From Vulcanimicrobiota bacterium (lineage in GTDB: Bacteria > Vulcanimicrobiota > Vulcanimicrobiia > Vulcanimicrobiales > Vulcanimicrobiaceae), in assembly GCA_963787625.1 (NCBI GenBank), contig CAWBDH010000001.1, positions 524,175 through 588,174 of the forward strand: a stretch of 64,000 nt of DNA. The letters run 5' to 3'. The notes beneath the pieces are model-generated. The model was not told the DNA's origin. It made no database searches and saw only the letters and a program-made list of their open reading frames with translations. The translations under genes and the position numbers were made by a program. The first letter of the stretch is position 1. Every line of letters starts with the position of its first letter. Of the stretch, positions 17,459-26,219 are shown piece by piece.

Positions 17459-17806
17459 TATGAGGGAATCGCCTCGCTACGCTCTTAGCATCGGTGCCGC
17501 TGTGCTCATTACTGCCTGCGGAGGAAGGCAAACATCGGCGCGGGCGGCCTGGTCGACGTCGACGGTGCTCTTTACGGAACGACGCAAAATGGCGGCGAAA
17601 ACCGCAACGGTACCATCTTTCGTTTGAACGCTAACGGTTCCGGCGAGCGCGTGGTTCACAGCTTCGGCGGCGGCAGCGATGGCGCGCGGCCCGTGGCGGG
17701 ACTGCTCGAGGTCAACGGCACGTTGTATGGCACGACCAGCAAATGCGGCAGTTCTCGATGCCAAGGCGCCGGCTGCGGGACGGTCTTCGCGTTTACCCCA
17801 CATTGA
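17459..17806 (+). pseudogene. frameshifted small lipoprotein with two GxLYGTT...GTVF (GloVer-type) repeats
   Basis: ATG at 17459 gives MRESPRYALSIGAAVLITACGG (lipobox), then a stop at about 17620. The shifted frame reads GLVDVDGALYGTTQNGGENRNGTIFRL and GLLEVNGTLYGTTSKCG...GCGTVFAF up to 17806. Confidence 0.45.
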
Positions 17807-18678
17807 AACGCGTGCTCGCGTTCCCGCTGATCCGCTTGCTGCTGATCGTGCTGCTCTTCGCACTCTTGGCGACACCGCTCGTGCTCGTGCTGCATCCGCC
17901 GCATTCGACCTGGGGCGTCATCGCGGTCACTGGCGGACTCGTCGCACTGCTGCTGATCTCCATCGCCGTCGTCGAGCGTGTCACCGTCGGGGTGTCGCTC
18001 GCGGCCGCCGGCCTCGGCCCGCGCAGCGGAATCCGCGACCTCGTCCTGGGTGCGCTGCTCGGCCTCGCCCTCTTCTCCGCCGTGATCGCCGAGCTCGCGA
18101 TCGGCGGCCACTATGCGATCGGTGGCGTGCACCTGAGTCCCGAGTTGGGCGTCACGGTGCTGCTGGTGATTCTGGCGGCCGCCTTCGAAGAGTTGCTCTT
18201 TCGCGGCGTGGTGTTCCGCCTGATCGAGCAGTGGGCGGGCACCTGGATTGCGCTGGCCGTTTCCGCCGCGATCTTTGGTTTGGTTCATGGTGCGAACCCG
18301 GGTGCGACGTGGGTATCGACGCTGGCGATCGCGCTCGAGGCGGGCGTCTTGCTCGCCGCGGCGTACGTCGTTGCCGGCAACCTTTGGTTTCCGATCGGCC
18401 TGCACTTTGCGTGGAACTTCGCAGAGGGACCGATCTTCGGAACGCAGGTGTCCGGTCACGATTTCGGCGCCGACATCGTCGCCGCGCGCGTCAGCGGGGC
18501 GCCGCTCATCACCGGCGGGGCGTTTGGGCCGGAGGCGGGAGTCTGCGCAATCCTCACCTGCCTCGTGGTGGCGGCCGCGCTGCTTGCGCTCGCCGTGCGC
18601 CGTTCTCAGATCGTGCCGCCGCGCTGGCAGCGCGTCAGTGCAGCGCCGCGAGTACTTTCGGCGGAATCAAATAGGTGA
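17743..18678 (+). CDS. CPBP-family (CAAX/Abi) intramembrane protease
   Basis: Motifs AAFEELLFRG, FGLVHGANP and HFAWNF. The alternative TTG start at 17803 overlaps the upstream stop and is as likely as 17743. Confidence 0.85.
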   Translation: MRQFSMPRRRLRDGLRVYPTLKRVLAFPLIRLLLIVLLFALLATPLVLVLHPPHSTWGVIAVTGGLVALLLISIAVVERVTVGVSLAAAGLGPRSGIRDLVLGALLGLALFSAVIAELAIGGHYAIGGVHLSPELGVTVLLVILAAAFEELLFRGVVFRLIEQWAGTWIALAVSAAIFGLVHGANPGATWVSTLAIALEAGVLLAAAYVVAGNLWFPIGLHFAWNFAEGPIFGTQVSGHDFGADIVAARVSGAPLITGGAFGPEAGVCAILTCLVVAAALLALAVRRSQIVPPRWQRVSAAPRVLSAESNR

Positions 18679-19117
18679 GGACGCCGGCGGATGCGACGGA
18701 CGCAGGCAGTTCCACGCACGCGAACGCGCCTTTCTTCAGCTCGATTTGCGCGCCGCCGATCAGCGCTCCGACCGCGGCGCTCATCGTCGGCTCGTGACCG
18801 ACGAACAGAAGCGAAGAAGGTTCGCCTCGTTCGCCGACGATGGCACGCACCGCCGCGGCATTGAAGCCCCGTGCAACGCGACGGTCGTCGACGAATGCGG
18901 CGAACGGAAGCCGTTCGGCGACGATCTCGGCCGTTTGGCGCGCGCGCAAGATCGGGCTCGTGACGATGACGTCGACGCCGGAGACCAAATCGGCGACGCC
19001 CTTCGCCTCGCGCTCCATCCGCTTATAGCCCTCGCGCGTCAGTGGACGGTCGTCGTCGCTCCCGTGCCACTCCTGGGCATCGACGGCAACCCCGTGCCGT
19101 AGGAAATAACAGTTCAT
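18635..19117 (-). CDS. sixA: phosphohistidine phosphatase SixA
   Basis: MNCYFLRHGVAV...RPLTREG...SPILRARQTAEIV histidine-phosphatase motifs. The 3' end overlaps the CPBP 3' end by 44 nt (convergent). Confidence 0.8.
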   Translation of the reverse strand: MNCYFLRHGVAVDAQEWHGSDDDRPLTREGYKRMEREAKGVADLVSGVDVIVTSPILRARQTAEIVAERLPFAAFVDDRRVARGFNAAAVRAIVGERGEPSSLLFVGHEPTMSAAVGALIGGAQIELKKGAFACVELPASVASAGVLTYLIPPKVLAALH

Positions 19118-19139
19118 CGCCGCCAACTACGCAGAGCAG

Positions 19140-20306
19140 ATGAAGACGACCTGGCAAACCCGCCTCCTCCACGCATCGCCGCGCGTACCCGAGGGCTTTC
19201 GCTCCCTGTCGTCGCCGGTGTATCGGGCATCCACGACGCTGTTTGCGTCGGCGGCCGCCGTCAACGACGCATGGGATCAGGAACGCGTTGGCTACACGTA
19301 CGGGCTGTATGGCACGCCGACCTCGCTCGAGCTGGCCGCGCGCATCTGCGAGATCGAAGGCGGACGCCACACGATCCTCACGCCAGGAGGGCAATCTGGG
19401 ATCTCGCTAATCGACTTCGCGCTGCTCTCAGCCGGCGATCACGTGTTGGTGCCGCGCAGCATCTACGGGCCGAACCGGCAGCTCACGACGGCGCTCCTCG
19501 CACGCTTCGGCGTACGTGCGACGTTCTACGACCCGACGATCGGCGCCGACATCGCCTCACTCATCGAGCCCAGCACGCGGCTGGTCTGGACGGAGAGCCC
19601 CGGCTCGGTAACGATGGAGGTGCAGGACGTGCCGGCGATCGCTGCTGCGGCGCACGCGCGCGGCGCGACGGTCGTCCTCGACAACACGTGGGCCGCCGGC
19701 GTGCTGTTCGACGCGTTCGCGCACGGCGTGGACGTCACGATGCAGGCGCTTACGAAGTACGTCGGGGGGCACAGCGACTTGCTGCTGGGATCGATCACCG
19801 TCCGCGACGACGCCTTGTACCGGCGACTCGGGGCGACCCGGCAGGTCGTAGGCTGCGCAGTTTCGCCCGACGACTGCAGCCTCGCGCTGCGCGGTCTACA
19901 GACGCTCGCCGTCCGCTTGAGCGCGATCGAAGCATCGGCGCTGGAAATCGCGCGCTGGCTCGCCGCATGCCCGGAAGTGGAACGCGTGCTGCATCCCGCG
20001 CTGCCGTCGTGTCCGGGACACCAGTTTTGGCAACGCGACTTCCTCGGTTCGTCGGGCGTTTTCTCCCTCGTCTTTAAGCCGGGCCCGTCGCGCCAGCAGG
20101 TCTTCGCCTTCGTCGATGCGCTCGAGCTCTTCGAAGTCGGCTACAGTTGGGCGGGGACTACCAGCCTCGCGGTCGCGTACACGATCGCACCGTCGTCGCA
20201 ACGGCCGCATTACGACCATCGGCTCGTGCGCTTGAGCGTCGGCCTGGAATCGACGCGCGACCTCATCGCGGATTTGGAAGCGGCGTTGCCGGCGCTCGGG
20301 CGTTAA
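19140..20306 (+). CDS. metC: cystathionine beta-lyase (Cys/Met-metabolism PLP enzyme)
   Basis: YGLYGTPTSLELAARICEIEGG and the PLP-lysine context TKYVGGHSDLLLGS. Confidence 0.8.
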   Translation: MKTTWQTRLLHASPRVPEGFRSLSSPVYRASTTLFASAAAVNDAWDQERVGYTYGLYGTPTSLELAARICEIEGGRHTILTPGGQSGISLIDFALLSAGDHVLVPRSIYGPNRQLTTALLARFGVRATFYDPTIGADIASLIEPSTRLVWTESPGSVTMEVQDVPAIAAAAHARGATVVLDNTWAAGVLFDAFAHGVDVTMQALTKYVGGHSDLLLGSITVRDDALYRRLGATRQVVGCAVSPDDCSLALRGLQTLAVRLSAIEASALEIARWLAACPEVERVLHPALPSCPGHQFWQRDFLGSSGVFSLVFKPGPSRQQVFAFVDALELFEVGYSWAGTTSLAVAYTIAPSSQRPHYDHRLVRLSVGLESTRDLIADLEAALPALGR

Positions 20307-21097
20307 GGGATCGAGAACGTCCCCTCGAGCACCGGCACGCAGTCGCCTGCAAGGCCAACGCGAGCGCCGCGATTCGCGACCCATAGCTCTCCGCCGCGCG
20401 AAGAAAGCTGTCGCGCAAAGAGCTCCGATTTGCCGAGGACCCCAGCCCAGTATGGCGCGAGAACGCAGTGTGCGGAGCCCGTGACGGGATCTTCGGCTAT
20501 GCCGATCTTCGGCGCGAAGAAGCGCGAAACGAAATCGCAGTCGCCGCGAAAGCCGCATGCCGTTACGACGAGACTCGCGAAGGGCAGCGCCTCGATCAAC
20601 GCGATGTTGGGACGCAAGTCCCGGACCTGCGCCGCATCGCCGAGCACCGCCATCGCGCGATCGGCTTCCCAGAGCGCGACGGGCCGCACGCCGATCGCCT
20701 CGGCGACCATCGCCGGATCGAGTTCCCGCTCAAGCGGCAACGCCGGAAAGTCCAGCGCAAGTCGCTCGCCATCGCGCGTAACCTCCACCGGACCTGAGAG
20801 CGTTTCGAATCGCACGAGCTCGCGTCCGGGCTCTAGAATGTTGAGCAGCACGTACCCCGTCGCGAGCGTCGCGTGACCACACAGAGCAACTTCGGTGGCG
20901 GGCGTGAACCAGCGCAGCCGATAGTTCTCACCTTCACGCACGAAGAACGCCGTTTCGGCGAGATTGTTCTCGGCGGCAATTGCTTGCAGCACGTCATCCT
21001 CGAGCCAACGCTCCAGCGGACAGACCGCAGCCGGATTGCCGCCGAACGGCTTGCGGGTGAACGCGTCGAGCTGGTAGATCGGAATGTTCATCGGCAA
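20303..21097 (-). CDS. PhzF-family isomerase
   Basis: IPIYQLDAFTRKPFGGNPAAVCPL...AAENNLAETAFF...CGHATLA. Confidence 0.85.
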   Translation of the reverse strand: MPMNIPIYQLDAFTRKPFGGNPAAVCPLERWLEDDVLQAIAAENNLAETAFFVREGENYRLRWFTPATEVALCGHATLATGYVLLNILEPGRELVRFETLSGPVEVTRDGERLALDFPALPLERELDPAMVAEAIGVRPVALWEADRAMAVLGDAAQVRDLRPNIALIEALPFASLVVTACGFRGDCDFVSRFFAPKIGIAEDPVTGSAHCVLAPYWAGVLGKSELFARQLSSRGGELWVANRGARVGLAGDCVPVLEGTFSIP

Positions 21098-21113
21098 GGG
21101 AAGGCGCGCGTTG

Positions 21114-21605
21114 CTATTTGTTGCAGACGGTGTGACTCGTCGTCATCGTACCTTGCGGACCGGGACCGTGCGAGTCGAGAATGTACTGTGTGGCCGACAC
21201 GAGGTGGAGCACCGCGCCCCCGTTGTCCGCCGGGTAGGTGTCCATCCAGACGGAGCCGTCGAGATCGGGCGAAGAGCTTGCTGCGGTAAAATACGACCCA
21301 TTGGTATCGACGCCCGTGATCACCCAACGCGCCTTCTTGACGTCGTACCCAATGAAGCTAACGCCGGTACCGCCCGGGGCTCCGGCCTGCGCCGCGAACG
21401 CGGAACTGGTGCGCAGCCAGTTGCCGTACATCGTGTTGGTGTCCGTCTCGCGGAACGTTGTGCTGTCGCTCGAATGGCTGACGCACGTCCACGTACCGGT
21501 CAATTCTTGCAGCGCCGCCTGGGCCGCGGACGCGCCGGCGGCGGCCGGCATCACTACGATGAAACTGGCGGCGACCGTTGCGGCTATACAACGAACTGAA
21601 AACAT
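21114..21605 (-). CDS. hypothetical secreted protein
   Basis: ATG at 21605 preceded by GGGAGGAAG. Signal peptide MFSVRCIAATVAASFIVVMPAAAGASA. No family recognised. Confidence 0.6.
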   Translation of the reverse strand: MFSVRCIAATVAASFIVVMPAAAGASAAQAALQELTGTWTCVSHSSDSTTFRETDTNTMYGNWLRTSSAFAAQAGAPGGTGVSFIGYDVKKARWVITGVDTNGSYFTAASSSPDLDGSVWMDTYPADNGGAVLHLVSATQYILDSHGPGPQGTMTTSHTVCNK

Positions 21606-21823
21606 GTGCTCTTCCTCCCTGGATCCAGACCTGAGTTTCGGGCTTCGCGACCGCCCAAGCGCTCCCTTGTTAAGAGCGGCGTCTTTTACCCACTTGCGGA
21701 TTCGAACAATGCAGCTTAGACGACTTCCGTTCGCTTCGTGAGCGCGCAGCGTCAGCGAGGCTTCTCGAAAGCGGAGCACCAGCTGCATCGTTTCAATCGT
21801 AACACGTTGGGCACCATAACTGC

Positions 21824-22087
21824 ATGGCCAGAAAGCATCGGTATTCCGAAAAGGAGCACCGCCAGGTCGAGCACATCAAGGAGAGTGAGGAGGCGCGCGG
21901 CGTCTCGCCGGGAGAGGCCGAGGGTGTCGGCTATGCCACCGTCAATAAACGCAATCCATCCAAACATCGCTACTCCGCCAAGGAAAAGCGGCAAGCCGAG
22001 CACATCATGGAATCGGAGGAGAAGAGCGGCAAATCGGAAGGGGAAGCCAAGCGCATCGCCTATGCCACGGTCAATAAGCGTTCTTGA
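21824..22087 (+). CDS. small charged protein made of two about 40-aa tandem repeats (ChaB-like?)
   Basis: KHRYSEKEHRQVEHIKESEEARGVSPGEAEGVGYATVNKR is followed by KHRYSAKEKRQAEHIMESEEKSGKSEGEAKRIAYATVNKR. The A..(V/I).YATVNK tail recalls ChaB AHKVAWAAVK. The family assignment is uncertain. Confidence 0.5.
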   Translation: MARKHRYSEKEHRQVEHIKESEEARGVSPGEAEGVGYATVNKRNPSKHRYSAKEKRQAEHIMESEEKSGKSEGEAKRIAYATVNKRS

Positions 22088-22091
22088 CGCT

Positions 22092-23444
22092 TTAGGAATG
22101 GGCGGGAAGCGCAGCTCGAAAGCCTGCGAGCGCCGTTCCCGCCGCCGCGAAGGCTAGGAGTGCTGATGCGATCATTGCACCGCGGAAACCGTTGAGGTAT
22201 GACGGTGCCACGGTAACGATGACACCGAGCGCCGCGACGCCGATTAGCCCCGCCGTCCGCGCGACGGCGTTGTTGATTCCCGACGCAACGCCGGAGTGTT
22301 CGACGGGAACGGAGTTCATCACCGTAGTCGTGAGCGGCGCGACGAAGAGCGCTCCACCCAGCCCCAAAATCGTCGCGGCGGGGAAAAACGTCGTCCAATA
22401 CGAGCCGCCGCTTCCGGGCAGGGCATAGGCGAGAAACCCGACGCCCGCCAGGATCGAACCGAGCAGCAGCGGCATACGGGGCCCAACGCGTCCTACGAGG
22501 CCGCCGGACCAGCGCGATGCCGCGACCATGATGGCGATGAACGGCAGCAACGCCGCACCGGCCCCCGTTGGAGAATAGTGGTGGACGTTGATCAAAACGA
22601 ACGGGACGAAGTAGAGGCTGCCGCCGACCGCCGTGTAGAGGAAGAACGTGTAGACGTTCGCGGCGCTAAAATCGCGCGAGGCGAACAAGTCGCAGCGGAC
22701 CATCGGATCGGGCGTGCGCCACTCGAACAAAACGAACGTCGCTAGCGCCGCGAGTCCGACGAAGACGGCGCCCGCTGCCGGCGCCGTAACGCGACCGGCG
22801 TTCATTCCGATGAGCCCGTACACGAGCAACCCCAATCCGATCGTTGCCAGCGCCGCTCCCGCCACGTCGATGCGCCGGTCTGCCGTTTCGTCGCGGCTTT
22901 CGCCGACGCGGAAGACGAGGATCAGTAAAACGATCGCTGCGATCGGAAGGTTGATGATAAAGATGTAGCGCCAGGAAAAACTCTGCGTTAGCCACCCGCC
23001 GAGGATGGGCCCGAAGGCGGCGGTGAGCGCAGAAAAGCCAGACCACAAACCGATGGCGCGCCCGCGAGCGTCGCCCTCGTACGCCGCGCTGATTAGCGCC
23101 AAACTGCCCGGTGTCGAAAGCGCGCCGCCGATGCCTTGAACGCAGCGCGCCGCGATCAGGAGGTCCGCGCTCGGCGCGAACGCGCAGGCGAGCGAAGCGG
23201 CCGCGAAGAGCACGATGCCGGCGCCGAACACCAGGCGGCGCCCGTACAGATCGCCGAGCGCTCCGCCGAGCAGAATGAGCGCGGAAAGGAAGAGCGCGTA
23301 TCCTTCGATCACCCATTGCGTCTGGCCGGTCGTCGTGTGGAGTTCGCGCTGCAGGATCGGAAGCGACACATTGACGGCCGTGCTGTCGATGAACGTCATT
23401 GCGGAGCCAAGAATCGCGGCAACGAGCACCCACGCGACGTTCAC
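22092..23444 (-). CDS. MFS transporter, DHA2 (EmrB/QacA-like) family
   Basis: AAILGSAMTFIDSTAVNVSLPILQRELH...LGGALGDLYGRR motifs and about 14 TM. GTG at 23444 is chosen because the upstream track extension overlaps the divergent gene. Confidence 0.8.
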   Translation of the reverse strand: MNVAWVLVAAILGSAMTFIDSTAVNVSLPILQRELHTTTGQTQWVIEGYALFLSALILLGGALGDLYGRRLVFGAGIVLFAAASLACAFAPSADLLIAARCVQGIGGALSTPGSLALISAAYEGDARGRAIGLWSGFSALTAAFGPILGGWLTQSFSWRYIFIINLPIAAIVLLILVFRVGESRDETADRRIDVAGAALATIGLGLLVYGLIGMNAGRVTAPAAGAVFVGLAALATFVLFEWRTPDPMVRCDLFASRDFSAANVYTFFLYTAVGGSLYFVPFVLINVHHYSPTGAGAALLPFIAIMVAASRWSGGLVGRVGPRMPLLLGSILAGVGFLAYALPGSGGSYWTTFFPAATILGLGGALFVAPLTTTVMNSVPVEHSGVASGINNAVARTAGLIGVAALGVIVTVAPSYLNGFRGAMIASALLAFAAAGTALAGFRAALPAHS

Positions 23445-23517
23445 CGCCCGGCCTTTGGTGCCGCGCCGGATTCGCCCTTTACAAAGACCTGCGACTGCGC
23501 GCGGCCAATGCTTACAG

Positions 23518-24456
23518 GTGCGTTTCGATCGGCCGCTGCGAACGGCGATTCTTGCCGCGGCCGGCAACCCGACGGTCCGCGCAGCGGTCACGCGTCACGG
23601 CATGCGTCTGGGCGCTCGGCGCTTCGTCGCCGGCGAGAGCACCGATGACCTGCTCGCGGCGGCGCGCGCGGCGAACGCACAAGGATTCGCGGTCGCCGCC
23701 ACGCTGCTCGGCGAGAGCATCCGCGAACGTCAGGAGACCGCCGCGGTCACCGATGAGTACTGTCGCCTTTTGTCGCTCTTCGACGAACGGCGCCTCGATG
23801 CCAACGTCGCGTTCAAGCTGACGCACGTGGGGCTGGATATCGATCCCGAGCTGGCCTTCGAAAACGCTGCGCGCATCGCGTCCGCGGCGGACGACCGCGA
23901 AAACACCGTGCGGATCGACATGGAACAGTCGCGTTACGTCGACGCGACGCTCGCGCTGTACCGGCGCCTGCGCGCACGTAGCGCCCGCGTTGGTTTCGTC
24001 GTCCAATCGTATCTCTATCGCAGCCGTGCCGACCTCGCGGCGCTGCTGCCGCTGGTGCCGAACGTCAGGATCGTAAAGGGTGCGTACCTCGAACCGCCGT
24101 CGATCGCGTATCCAAAAAAACACGACGTCGACGAAAATTACATCGAGCTCGTCGAGACGGCACTGTCGGGGGAGGGCTACACCGCAATCGCGACGCACGA
24201 TTCCACGATGATCGAACGCGCGATCCGCTTCGCGCGCGAACGCGGCATTCCCAAGCGCGGGCGCTTCGAATTTCAGATGCTGTACGGCATCGCGACGCCG
24301 CTGGCGCGCCGGGTGCTGGAGCGGGGGTATCGCGTGCGCCTCTCGATCCCGTACGGCGACTACTGGTTTCCGTACTTGATGCGCCGACTTGCCGAACGGC
24401 CCGCGAACCTGGCGTTCTTTCTCAAGGGCGCCTTTGCGCGCGGCGCGCGGGCGTAG
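23518..24456 (+). CDS. proline dehydrogenase
   Basis: FVAGESTDDLLAAARAANAQGFAVAATLLGE...AFKLTHVGLDI...VRIDMEQSRYVDATLALY...VQSYLYRS...RIVKGAYLEP...FQMLYGI. GTG at 23518 gives a typical length of about 312 aa. Confidence 0.85.
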   Translation: MRFDRPLRTAILAAAGNPTVRAAVTRHGMRLGARRFVAGESTDDLLAAARAANAQGFAVAATLLGESIRERQETAAVTDEYCRLLSLFDERRLDANVAFKLTHVGLDIDPELAFENAARIASAADDRENTVRIDMEQSRYVDATLALYRRLRARSARVGFVVQSYLYRSRADLAALLPLVPNVRIVKGAYLEPPSIAYPKKHDVDENYIELVETALSGEGYTAIATHDSTMIERAIRFARERGIPKRGRFEFQMLYGIATPLARRVLERGYRVRLSIPYGDYWFPYLMRRLAERPANLAFFLKGAFARGARA

Positions 24457-24458
24457 GC

Positions 24459-25364
24459 GTGCGCGGCGGGATCTGGGCGGCGGTGCTGACGCCCGTCGAT
24501 CGGAACGGTGCCCCGGACGGGCGACGTGCCGTAGAATATTATCGCGATCTGCTGCGGGATGGCTGCGACGGCGTCAACGTCCTCGGCACGACCGGCGAAG
24601 CTATGTCGCTCGGCGTGACGGAGCGGTTGCGATTCATGGAGGCGGTCGCATCGAGCGGCCTGCCGATGGACCGCGCCATTGTGGGCACCGGGGCGGCATC
24701 GTTCGACGACGCCGCACTGCTGACGCGCCAGGCCTTTGCGTGCGGCTTCGCGGCGGCGCTCGTCATGCCGCCGTTCTTTTATCGCGATGCCGCCGACGAC
24801 GGCATCGTCGCCTTCTTCGACGCCGTCCTATCGCGCGCGAATCCGCCGCCGGGTGCGATATTGCTCTACAACTTTCCACGCATGAGCGGCGTCACGTTCC
24901 ATCCGGCGCTGGTCGATCGTTTGCTGCGTGAATTCCCGGACGCCATCGGCGGCATGAAGGACAGCTCGAACGACGCGCCGCTGCAGACGGAGCTGCACGT
25001 GCGCCATCCCGTCTTGGCGATCTTTCCGGGTTCCGAAGGCGATCTCGCACGGGCAAAGGCACGAGGCGCGGCCGGCTGCATCTCTGGAAGCGTCGCGCTG
25101 TGGGCTGCTTTCGCGCGCGAAGTATGGACGTTGGGCGATGCCGCACAGGCGAACGCGCTTTCGGCGCTGCGTGGGACGCTCGACGGCCTTCCGTTGATTC
25201 CGGCCATGCGCTGCCTTACCGCGGCGTCGCGCCGCGACGCGCCGTGGGAACGCGCAATTCCGCCGCTGAGTCCGCTCCGCACCGAACAGCGGGACGAACT
25301 CCACTGCCGCCTCGAGCCGTTTCACATGTTCCTCGGTCGAACGGCCGGCGATCGTAACGCATAG
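24459..25364 (+). CDS. dihydrodipicolinate synthase/N-acetylneuraminate lyase-family protein
   Basis: AAVLTPVDRNG...DGVNVLGTTGEAMSLGVTER...YNFP. It starts 3 nt after the proline dehydrogenase stop. Confidence 0.75.
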   Translation: MRGGIWAAVLTPVDRNGAPDGRRAVEYYRDLLRDGCDGVNVLGTTGEAMSLGVTERLRFMEAVASSGLPMDRAIVGTGAASFDDAALLTRQAFACGFAAALVMPPFFYRDAADDGIVAFFDAVLSRANPPPGAILLYNFPRMSGVTFHPALVDRLLREFPDAIGGMKDSSNDAPLQTELHVRHPVLAIFPGSEGDLARAKARGAAGCISGSVALWAAFAREVWTLGDAAQANALSALRGTLDGLPLIPAMRCLTAASRRDAPWERAIPPLSPLRTEQRDELHCRLEPFHMFLGRTAGDRNA

Positions 25365-25397
25365 GAGTTCGGGCGACCGAACATCAAGGCCATCGTC

Positions 25398-26219
25398 ATG
25401 ACGCAGCCCATCGATGGATCGCAGATGACTCCGGCGGTCGAAAAGGTGGTCGTGGACGTACCGGGATGGCAGCAGATACGGCCGCGCATTCCCGATACGC
25501 AGCAGCGCCGCACGCTCGAGCGCCGGCGCAGCATTCGCGAGATCGTGTTCGGAGTGCAGGACGGCATTTTGACGACGCTCGGCATCATCACCGGCGTCGG
25601 GGTCGCCGAAGGCCAGCGCTCGGCCGTGTTGATCAGCGGCTTTCTCGCACTGCTCGCCGGAGCGCTCTCGATGGGCGTCGGCGAATACTTGGGGCGCAAG
25701 TCGGAACGCGAGGTCGTGCAGGCCACGATCGACATGGAAAAGCGGGAGATGGCGGAGGATCCGCAGGGCGAGTTTACGGAGCAGGTCGCCTACTACAAGC
25801 TCAAGGGCTTTAGCGCGGAAGAAGCGGAGATGATCGTCAAGCGCCTAACGCAGCATCCCGAGATCTACCTTTACGAGATGGTGCGCGACGAGTTCGGAAT
25901 CGATCCCCGTGAAGCGGAAGACGCAGGGTTGCGAGGGCCGCTCGCGATGGGACTGTCGTACGGCGCCGGCGCGCTCGTCCCCATCGTCGCGTTCGTTCTG
26001 CCGCTGTCAATGCCGCACGCGACGTTCGCCTCGCTGCTGCTCGCCCTCGCGGGACTCTTCGCGGTCGGGTATTATGCCGGTACGCTGAGCGAGCGCAACG
26101 CGTTCGGCAAAGGTCTCGAGGTGGTGCTCTACGGCTGCGTGGTCTTCATCCTCTCGTACCTCGCCGGGCATTTCATTCCGCCGTTATTCGGTCACGCGCC
26201 GGTTTCCGTCGGCGGCTGA
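25398..26219 (+). CDS. VIT1/CCC1-family iron/manganese transporter
   Basis: IREIVFGVQDGILTTLGIITGVGVAEG and C-terminal TM segments. Confidence 0.8.
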   Translation: MTQPIDGSQMTPAVEKVVVDVPGWQQIRPRIPDTQQRRTLERRRSIREIVFGVQDGILTTLGIITGVGVAEGQRSAVLISGFLALLAGALSMGVGEYLGRKSEREVVQATIDMEKREMAEDPQGEFTEQVAYYKLKGFSAEEAEMIVKRLTQHPEIYLYEMVRDEFGIDPREAEDAGLRGPLAMGLSYGAGALVPIVAFVLPLSMPHATFASLLLALAGLFAVGYYAGTLSERNAFGKGLEVVLYGCVVFILSYLAGHFIPPLFGHAPVSVGG

